This document shows positions 53,001 to 64,000 of a stretch of DNA of 64,000 nt, in pieces. The stretch comes from Eledone cirrhosa. Lineage: Eukaryota. The notes below the pieces were generated by a model. That model was not told the DNA's origin. It was given only the letters and a program-made list of their open reading frames with translations, and ran no database searches. Every line of letters begins with the position of its first letter. The first letter of the stretch is position 1. Location of the stretch: positions 62,001 to 126,000 of the forward strand of contig OZ024742.1 in NCBI GenBank assembly GCA_964016885.1, in the 5' to 3' direction. The translations under genes were made by a program, and so were the position numbers.

Positions 53001-56000
53001 CACTCAACGTACATTCAACAGTAACCACCCTAACCCTAACACTCAACGTACATTCAACAGTAACCACCCTAACCCTAACCCTAACCCTCAACGTACATTC
53101 AACAGTAACCACCCTAACCCTAACCCTAACCCTCAACGTACATTCAACAGTAACCACTCTAACCCTAACTCTAACCCTCAACGTACATTCAACAGTAACC
53201 ACCCTAACCCTAACCCTAACCCTAACCCTCAACGTACATTCAACAGTACCCACCCTAACCCTAACCCTCAACGTACATTCAACAGTAACCACTTTAACCC
53301 TAACTCTAACCCTCAACGTACATTCAACAGTAACCACCCTAACCCTAACCCTAACCCTCAACGTACATTCAACAGTACCCACCCTAACCCTAACCCTCAA
53401 CGTACATTCAACAGTAACCACTTTAACCCTAACTCTAACCCTCAACGTACATTCAACAGTAACCACCCTAACCCTTACCCTAACCCTCAACGTACATTCA
53501 ACAGTAACCACTCTAACCCTAACTCTAACCCTCAACGTACATTCAACAGTAACCACCCTAACCCTAACCCTAACCCTCAACGTACATTCAACAGTAACCA
53601 CCCTAACCCTAACCCTAACCCTCAACGTACATTCAACAGTAACCACCCTAACCCTAACCCTCAACGTACATTCAACAGTAACCACTCTAACCCTAACCCT
53701 AATCCTAACCCTCAACGTACATTCAACAGTAACCACCCTAACCCTCAACGTACATTCAACAGTAACCACTCTAACCCTAACCCAAACCCTAAACCTCAAC
53801 GTACATTCAACAGTAACCACTCTAACCCTAACCCTCAACGTACATTCAACAGTAACCACCCTAACCCTAACCCTCAACGTACATTCAACAGTAACCACAC
53901 TAACCCTAACCCTAATCCTAACCCTCAACGTACATTCAACAGTAACCACCCTAACCCTCAACGTACATTCAACAGTAACCACCCTAACCCTAATCCTAAC
54001 CCTCAACGTACATTCAACAGTAACCACCCTAACCCTAACCCTAACCCTCAACGTACATTCAACAGTAACCACCCTAACCCTAACCCTAACCCTCAACGTA
54101 CATTCAACAGTAACCACTCTAACCCTAACCCTAACCCTCAACGTACATTCAACAGTAACCACCCTAACCCTAACTCTAACCCTCAACGTACATTCAACAG
54201 TAACCACCCTAACCCTAACCCTAACCTTCAACGTACATTCAACAGTAACCACCCTAACCCTAACCCTCAACGTACATTCAACAGTAACCACTCTAACCCT
54301 AACCCTAACCCCCAACGTACATTCAACAGTAACCACCCTAACCCTAACCCTAACCCTCAACGTACATTCAACAGTAACCACCATAACCCTAACCCTAACC
54401 CTAACCCTAACCCTCAACGTACATTCAACAGTAACTACTCTAACCCTAACCCTAACCCTCAACGTACATTCAAAAGTAACAACCCTAACCCTAACCCTAA
54501 CCCTAACCCTCAACGTACATTCAACAGTAACCACTCTAACCCTAACCCTAACCCTCAACGTACATTCAACAGTAACCACCCTAACCCTAACCCTCAACGT
54601 ACATTCAACAGTAACCACCCTAACCCTAACCCTAACCCACAACGTACATTCAACAGTAACCACCCTAACCCTAACCCTAACTCTCAACGTACATTCAACA
54701 GTAACCACCCTAACCCTAACCCTCAACGTACATTCAACAGTAACCACTCTAACCCTAACCCTAACCCTAACCCTCAACGTACATTCAACAGTAACCACTC
54801 AAACCCTAACCCTAACCCTCAATGTACATTCAACAGTAACCACCCTAACCCTCAACGTACATTCAACAGTAACCACTCTAACCCTAACCCTAACCCTCAA
54901 TGTACATTCAACAGTAACCACCCTAACCCTCAACGTACATTCAACAGTAACCACTCTAACCCTAACCCTAACCCTCAACGTACATTCAACAGTAACCACC
55001 CTAACCCTCAACGTACATTCAACAGTAACCACACTAACCCTAACCCTCAACGTACATTCAACAGTAACCACTCTAACCCTAACCCTAATCCTAACCCTCA
55101 ACGTACATTCAACAGTAATCACCCTAACCCTAATCCTAACCCTCAACGTACATTCAACAGTAACCACCCTAACCCTTACCCCCAACCCTCAACGTACATA
55201 CAACAGTAACCACTCTAACCCTAACCCTAACCCTCAACGTACATTCAACAGTAACCACCCTAACCCTAACCCTAACCCTCAACGTACATTCAACTGTAAC
55301 CACTCTAACCCTAACCCTAACACTCAACGTACATTCAACAGTAACCACCCTAACCCTAACCCTCAACGTACATTCAACAGTAACCACCCTAACCCTAACC
55401 CTAACCCTCAACGTACATTCAACTGTAACCACACTAACCCTAACCCTAACACTCAACGTACATTCAACAGTAACCACCCTAACCCTCACCCTCAACGTAC
55501 ATTCAACAGTAACCACCCTAACCCTAACCCTAACTCTCAACGTACATTCAAATGTAACCACACTAACCCTAACCCTAACACTCAACGTACATTCAACAGT
55601 AACCACCCTAACCCTAACCCTAACCCTCAACGTACATTCAACAGTAACCATCGTAACCCTAACCCTAACCCTCAACGTACATTCAACAGTAACCACCCTA
55701 ACCCTAACCCTAACCCTCAACGTACATTCAACAGTAACCACCCAAACCCTAACCCTAACCCTCAACGTACATTCAACTGTAACCACACTAACCCTAACCC
55801 TAACCCTCAACGTACATTCAACAGTAACCACTTTAACCCTAACTCTAACCCTCAACGTACATTCAACAGTAACCACCCTAACCCTTACCCTAACCCTCAA
55901 CGTACATTCAACAGTAACCACTCTAACCCTAACTATAACCCTCAACGTACATTCAACAGTAACCACCCTAACCCTAACCCTAACCCTCAACGTACATTCA

Positions 56001-59000
56001 ACAGTAACCACCCTAACCCTAACCCTCAACGTACATTCAACAGTAACCACCCTAACCCTAACCCTAACCCACAACGTACATTCAACAGTAACAACCCTAA
56101 CCCTAACCTTAACCCTCAACGTACATTCAACAGTAACCACTCTAACCCTAACCCTAACCCTTAACGTACATTCAACAGTAACCACCCTAACCCTCAACGT
56201 ACATTCAACAGTAACCACTCTAACCCTAACCCAAACCCTAAACCTCAACGTACATTCAACAGTAACCACTCTAACACTAACCCTAACCCTCAACGTACAT
56301 TCAACAGTAACCACCCTAACCCTAACCCTCAACGTACATTCAACAGTAACCACACTAACCCTAAACCTAATCCTAACCCTCAACGTACATTCAACAGTAA
56401 CCACCCTAACCCTCAACGTACATTCAACAGTAACCACCCTAACCCTAACCCTCAACGTACATTCAACAGTAACCACTCTAACCCTAACCCTAATCCTAAC
56501 CCTCAACGTACATTCAACAGTAATCACCCTAACCCTAATCCTAACCCTCAACGTACATTCAACAGTAACCACCCTAACCCTTACCCCCAACCCTCAACGT
56601 ACATACAACAGTAACCACTCTAACCCTAACCCTAACCCTCAACGTACATTCAACAGTAACCACCCTAACCCTAACCCTAACCCTCAACGTACATTCAACT
56701 GTAACCACTCTAACCCTAACCCTAACACTCAACGTACATTCAACAGTAACCACCCTAACCCTAACCCTAACCCTAACCCTAACCCTCAACGTACATTCAA
56801 CAGTAACCACCCTAACCCTCACCCTCAACGTACATTCAACAGTAACCACTCTAACCCTAACCCTAACCCTCAACGTACATTCAACTGTAACCACACTAAC
56901 CCTAACCCTAACACTCAACGTACATTCAACAGTAACCACCCTAACCCTAACCCTAACCCTCAACGAACATTCAATAATAACCACCCTAACCCTAACCCTA
57001 ACCCTCAACGTACATTCAACAGTAACCACCCTAACCCTAACCCTAACACTCAACGTACATTCAACAGTAACCACCCTAACCCTAACCCTCAACGTACATT
57101 CAACTGTAACCACACTAACCCTAACCCTAACACTCAACGTACATTCAACATTAACCACCCTAACCCTAACCCTAACCCTCAACGTACATTCAAAAGTAAC
57201 CACCCTAACCCTAATCCTAACCCTCAACGTACATTCAACAGTAACCACCCTAACCCTAACCCTAACCCTCAACGTACATTCAACAGTAACCACCCTAACC
57301 CTAACCCTAACCCTCAACGTACATTCAACAGTAACCACCCTAACCCTAACCCTCAACGTACATTCAACAGTAACCACTCTAACCCTAACCCTAACCCCCA
57401 ACGTACCTTCAACAATAACCACCCTAACTCTAACCCTCAACGTACATTCAACAGTAACCACTCTAACCCTAACCCTAACCCCTAACGTACCTTCAACAAT
57501 AACCACCCTAACCCTAACCCTCAACGTACATTCAACAGTAACCACCCTAACCCTAACCCTAACCCTAACCCTAACCCTCAACGTATATTCAACAGTAACT
57601 ACTCTAACCCTAACCCTAACCCTCAACGTACATTCAACTGTAACCATTCTAACCCTAACCCTAACCCTCAACGTACATTCAAAAGTAACAACCCTAACCC
57701 TAACCCTAACCCTAACCCTCAACGTACATTCAACAGTAACCACCCTAACCCTAACCCTCAACGTACATTCAACAGTAACCACCCTAACCCTAACCCTAAC
57801 CCACAACGTACATTCAACAGTAACCACCCTAACCCTAACCCTAACCCTCAACGTACATTCAACAGTAACCACTCTAACCCTAACCCTAACCCTCAACGTA
57901 CATTCAACAGTAACCACTCAAACCCTAACCCTCAACGTACATTCAACAGTAACCACCCTAACCCTAACCCTCAACGTACATTCAACAGTAACCACTCTAA
58001 CCCTAACCCTAACCCTAACCCTCAACGTACATTCAACATTAACCACTCTAACCCTAACCCTAACCCTCAACGTACATTCAACAGTAACCACCCTAACCCT
58101 CAACGTACATTCAACAGTAACCAATCTAACCCTAACCCTAATCCTAACCCTCAACGTACATTCAACAGTAACCACCCTAACCCTAACCCTCAACGTACAT
58201 TCAACAGTAACCACTCTAACCCTAACCCTAATCCTAACCCTCAACGTACATTCAACAGTAATCACCCTAACCCTAATCCTAACCCTCAACGTACATTCAA
58301 CAGTAACCACCCTAACCCTTACCCGCAACCCTCAACGTACATACAACAGTAACCACTCTAACCCTAACCCTAACCCTCAACGTACATTCAACAGTAACCA
58401 CCCTAACCCTAACCCTAACCCTCAACGTACATTCAACTGTAACCACTCTAACCCTAACCCTAACACTCAACGTACATTCAACAGTAACCACCCTAACCCT
58501 CACCCTCAACGTACATTCAACAGTAACCACCCTAACCCTAACCCTGACCCTCAACGTACATTCAACTGTAACCACACTAACCCTAACCCTAACACTCAAC
58601 GTACATTCAACAGTAACCACCCTAACCCTAACCCTAACCCTCAACGTACATTCAACAGTAACCACCCTAACCCTAACCCTAACCCTCAACGTACATTCAA
58701 CAGTAACCACCCTAACCCTAACCCTAACCCTCAACGTACATTCAACTGTAACCACACTAACCCTAACCCTAACACTCAACGTACATTCAACAGTAACCAC
58801 CCTAACCCTAACCCTAACCCTCAACGTACATTCAACAGTAACCACCCTAACCCTAATCCTAACCTTCAACGTACATTCAACAGTAACCACCCTAACCCTA
58901 ACCCTAAACCTCAACGTACATTCAACAGTAACCACCCTAAACCTAACCCTAACCCTCAACGTACATTCAACAGTAACCACCCTAACCCTAACCCTAACCC

Positions 59001-62000
59001 TCAACGTACATTCAACAGTAACCACTCTAACCCTAACCCTAACCCTCAACGTACATTCAACAGTAACCACCCTAACCCTAACCCTAACCCTCAACGTACA
59101 TTCAACAGTAACCACCCTAACCCTAACCCTACCCCTCAACGTACATTCAACAGTAACCACCCTAACCCTAACCCTCAACGTACATTCAACAGTAACCACC
59201 CTAACCCTAACCCTAACCCTCAACGTACATTCAACAGTAACCACCCTAACCCTAACCCTAACCCTCAACGTACATTCAACAGTAACCACCCTAACCCTAA
59301 CCCTAACCCTAACCCTCAACGTACATTCAACAGTAACCACCCTAACCCTAACCCTAACCCTCAACGTACATTCAACAGTAACCACTCTAACCCTAACCCT
59401 AACCCTCAACGTACATTCAACAGTAACCACCCTAACCCTAACCCTCAACGTACATTCAACAGTAACCACTCTAACCCTAACCCTAACCCTCAACGTACAT
59501 TCAACAGTAACCACCCTAACCCTAACCCTTAACGTACATTCAACAGTAACCACCCTATCCCTAACCCTAACCCTCAACGTACATTCAACAGTAACCACCC
59601 TAACCCTTACCCGCAACCCTCAACGTACATACAACAGTAACCACTCTAACCCTAACCCTAACCCTCAACGTACATTCAACAGTAACCACCCTAACCCTAA
59701 CCCTAACCCTCAACGTACATTCAACTGTAACCACTCTAACCCTAACCCTAATACTCAACGTACATTCAACAGTAACCACCCTAACCCTCACCCTCAACGT
59801 ACATTCAACAGTAACCACCCTAACCCTAACCCTGACCCTCAACGTACATTCAACTGTAACCACACTAACCCTAACCCTAACACTCAACGTACATTCAACA
59901 GTAACCACCCTAACCCTAACCCTAACCCTCAACGTACATTCAACAGTAACCACCCTAACCCTAACCCTAACCCTCAACGTACATTCAACAGTAACCACCC
60001 TAACCCTAACCCTAACCCTCAACGTACATTCAACTGTAACCACACTAACCCTAACCCTAACACTCAACGTACATTCAACAGTAACCACCCTAACCCTAAC
60101 CCTAACCCTCAACGTACATTCAACAGTAACCACCCTAACCCTAATCCTAACCCTCAACGTACATTCAACAGTAACCACCCTAACCCTAACCCTAAACCTC
60201 AACGTACATTCAACAGTAACCACCCTAAACCTAACCCTAACCCTCAACGTACATTCAACAGTAACCACCCTAACCCTAACCCTAACCCTCAACGTACATT
60301 CAACAGTAACCACTCTAACCCTAACCCTAACCCTCAACGTACATTCAACAGTAACCACCCTAACCCTAACCCTAACCCTCAACGTACATTCAACAGTAAC
60401 CACCCTAACCCTAACCCTACCCCTCAACGTACATTCAACAGTAACCACCCTAACCCTAACCCTCAACGTACATTCAACAGTAACCACCCTAACCCTAACC
60501 CTAACCCTCAACGTACATTCAACAGTAACCACCCTAACCCTAACCCTAACCCTCAACGTACATTCAACAGTAACCACCCTAACCCTAACCCTAACCCTAA
60601 CCCTCAACGTACATTCAACAGTAACCACCCTAACCCTAACCCTAACCCTCAACGTACATTCAACAGTAACCACTCTAACCCTAACCCTAACCCTCAACGT
60701 ACATTCAACAGTAACCACCCTAACCCTAACCCTCAACGTACATTCAACAGTAACCACTCTAACCCTAACCCTAACCCTCAACGTACATTCAACAGTAACC
60801 ACCCTAACCCTAACCCTTAACGTACATTCAACAGTAACCACCCTAACCCTAACCCTAACCCTCAACGTACATTCAACAGTAACCACTCTAACCCTAACCC
60901 TAACCCTCAACGTACATTCAACAGTAACCACCCTAACCCTAACCCTCAACGTACATTCAACAGTAACCACCCTAACACTAACCCTCAACGTACATTCAAC
61001 AGTAACCACCCTAACCCTAACCCTCAACGTACATTCAACAGTAACCACTCTAACCCTAACCCTAACCCTCAACGTACATTCAACAGTAACCACCCTAACC
61101 CTAACCCTCAACGTACATTCAACAGTAACCACTCTAACCCTAACCCTAACCCTCAACGTACATTCAACAGTAACCACCCTAACCCTAACCCTAACCCCCA
61201 ACGTACATTCAACAGTAACCACTCTAACCCTAACCCTAACCCTCAACGTACATTCAACAGTAACCACCCTAACCCTAACCCTCAACGTACATTCAACAGT
61301 AACCACCCTAACCCTAACCCTAACCCTCAACGTACATTCAACAGTAACCACCCTAACCCTAACCCTAACCCTCAACGTACATTCAACTGTAACCATTCTA
61401 ACCCTAACCCTCAACGTACATTCAACAGTAACCACTCTAACCCTAACCCTAACCCTCAACGTACATTCAACAGTAACCACCCTAACCCTAACCCTCAACG
61501 TACATTCAACAGTAACCACCCTAACCCTAACCCTAACCCTCAACGTACATTCAACAGTAACCACTCTAACCCTAACCCTAACCCTCAACGTACATTCAAC
61601 AGTAACCACCCTAACCCTAACCCTTAACGTACATTCAACAGTAACCACCCTAACCCTAACCCTAACCCTCAACGTACATTCAACAGTAACCACTCTAACC
61701 CTAACCCTAACCCTCAACGTACATTTAACAGTAACCACCCTAACCCTAACCCTCAACGTACATTCAACAGTAACCACCCTAACCCTAACCCTAACCCTCA
61801 ACGTACATTCAACAGTAACCACCCTAACCCTATCCCTAACCCTCAACGTACATTCAACAGTAACCACCCTAACCCTAACCCTCAACGTACATTCAACAGT
61901 AACCACCCTAACCCTAACCCTCAACGTACATTCAACAGTAACCACCCTAACCCTAACCCTAACCCTCAACGTACACTCAACAGTAACCACCCTAACCCTA

Positions 62001-64000
62001 ACCCTCAACGTACATTCAACAGTAACCACCCTAACCCTAACCCTCAACGTACATTCAACAGTAACAACCCTAACCCTAACCCTAACCGTCAACGTACATT
62101 CAACAGTAACCACCCTAACCCTAACCCTAACTCTAACCCTAACCACCCTAACCCTAACCCTCAACGTACATTCAACAGTAACCACCCTAACCCTAACCCT
62201 AACCCTCAACGTACATTCAACAGTAACCACCCTAACCCTAACCCTAACCCTCAACGTACATTCAACAGTAACCACGCTAATCCTAACCCTAACCCTCAAC
62301 GTACATTCAACAGTAACCACCCTAACCCTAACCCTAACCCTCAACGTACATTCAACAGTAACCACCCTAACCCTAACCCTCAACGTACATTCAACAGTAA
62401 CCACCCTAACCCTAACCCTAACCCTCAACGTACATTCAACAGTAACCACTCTAACCCTAACCCTAACCCTCAACGTACATTCAACAGTAACCACCCTAAC
62501 CCTAACCCTAACCCTCAACGTACATTCAACAGTAACCACTCTAACCCTAACCCTAACCCTCAACGTACATTCAACAGTAACCACCCTAACCCTAACCCTC
62601 AACGTACATTCAACAGTAACCACCCTAACCCTAACCCTAACCCTCAACGTACATTCAACAGTAACCACCCTAACCCGAACCCTAACCCTCAACGTACATT
62701 CAACTGTAACCATTCTAACCCTAACCCTCAACGTACATTCAACAGTAACCACTCTAACCCTAACCCTAACCCTCAACGTACATTCAACAGTAACCACCCT
62801 AACCCTAACCCTCAACGTACATTCAACAGTAACCACCCTAACCCTAACCCTAACCCTCAACGTACATTCAACAGTAACCACTCTAACCCTAACCCTAACC
62901 CTCAACGTACATTCAACAGTAACCACCCTAACCCTAACCCTCAACGTACATTCAACAGTAACCACCCTAACCCTAACCCTAACCCTCAACGTACATTCAA
63001 CAGTAACCACTCTAACCCTAACCCTAACCCTCAACGTACATTCAACAGTAACCACCCTAACCCTAACCCTCAACGTACATTCAACAGTAACCACCCTAAC
63101 CATAACCCTAACCCTCAACGTACATTCAACAGTAACCACCCTAACCCTAACCCTAACCCTCAACGTACATTCAACAGTAACCACCCTAACCCTAACCCTC
63201 AAAGTACATTCAACAGTAACCACCCTAACCCTAACCCTAACCCTCAACGTACATTCAACAGTAACCACCCTAACCCTAACCCTCAACGTACATTCAACAG
63301 TAACCACCCAAACCCTAACCCTAACCCTCAACGTACATTCAACAGTAACCACCCTAACCCTAACCCTAACCCTCAACGTACATTCAACAGTAACCACCCT
63401 AACCCTAACCCTAACCCTCAACGTACATTCAACAGTAACCACTCTAACCCTAACCCTAACCCTCAACGTACATTCAACAGTAACCACCCTAACCCTAACC
63501 CTCAACGTACATTCAACAGTAACCACCCTAACCCTAACCCTAACCCTCAACGTACATTCAACAGTAACCACCCTAACCCTAACCCTAACCCTCAACGTAC
63601 ATTCAACAGTAACCACTCTAACCCTAACCCTAACCCTCAACGTACATTCAACAGTAACCACCCTAACCCTAACCCTCAACGTACATTCAACAGTAACCAC
63701 TCTAACCCTAACCCTAACCCTCAACGTACATTCAACAGTAACCACCCTAACCCTAACCCTAACCCTCAACGTACATTCAACAGTAACCACTCTAACCCTA
63801 ACCCTAACCCTCAACGTACATTCAACAGTAACCACCCTAACCCTAACCCTCAACGTACATTCAACAGTAACCACCCTAACCCTAACCCTAACCCTCAACG
63901 TACATCCAACAGTAACCACCATAACCCTAACCCTAACCCTCAACGTACATTCAACTGTAACCATTCTAACCCTAACCCTCAACGTACATTCAACAGTAAC
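50040..64000. repeat. Satellite domain 2: simpler, increasingly homogeneous 39/45-bp monomers with its own variants
   Basis: Lacks domain-1 markers; CTTACCC(C/G)CAACCCTCAACGTACATACAAC marker at ~52552, 55175, 56580, 58318, 59606. Confidence 0.88.

Larger units (their letters stand above)
9387..64000. repeat. Telomere-repeat-containing composite satellite, unit [TCAACGTACATTCAACAGTAACCA][CCCTAA]n CCC; 33/39/45/51/57 bp, modal 45 bp; continues past the window end
   Basis: Uninterrupted head-to-tail array in a single orientation (C-rich on +); no transposon insertion seen in >54 kb. Confidence 0.98.

Noticed and set aside
9401-63982. Over 100 minus-strand ORFs (VTVECTLRVRVR)n, up to 1460 aa, as protein-coding genes
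   Set aside because: They are translations of the satellite: unit lengths are multiples of 3, many starts are TTG/GTG, and there is no domain or gene structure
9387-64000. CRISPR-like array (constant repeat plus variable intervals)
   Set aside because: The intervals are only CCCTAA multiples, not unique spacers; eukaryotic context; no cas genes
9387-64000. Canonical terminal telomere at the right end
   Set aside because: Wrong strand polarity relative to the unique DNA, and hexamer runs are never longer than about 7

Overview
Eukaryotic, AT- and microsatellite-rich genomic DNA. The SINE, Penelope and MITE types resemble those of cephalopod (octopus-like) genomes; this is my inference, not proven. 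Bases 1-9.4 kb hold one intact single-coding-exon LicD/fukutin-family phosphotransferase gene (225-1181), followed by transposon debris. The debris comprises two 5'-truncated Penelope-like retroelements, two Penelope-type minimal hammerhead ribozyme motifs, three tRNA-derived SINE copies (one inserted with a 16-bp TSD into a Penelope RT), a non-autonomous Helitron-like element, a decayed hAT/Buster transposase and a piggyBac-like terminus. From ~9387 to the window end (>54 kb, roughly 1,200 units) lies a composite satellite: a fixed non-telomeric spacer TCAACGTACATTCAACAGTAACCA alternates with 1-7 CCCTAA telomeric hexamers (modal unit 45 bp). It is oriented opposite to a right-hand telomere. 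It has kilobase-scale higher-order repeats on the left and a simpler, more homogeneous domain on the right. All (VTVECTLRVRVR)n ORFs are by-products of this repeat.
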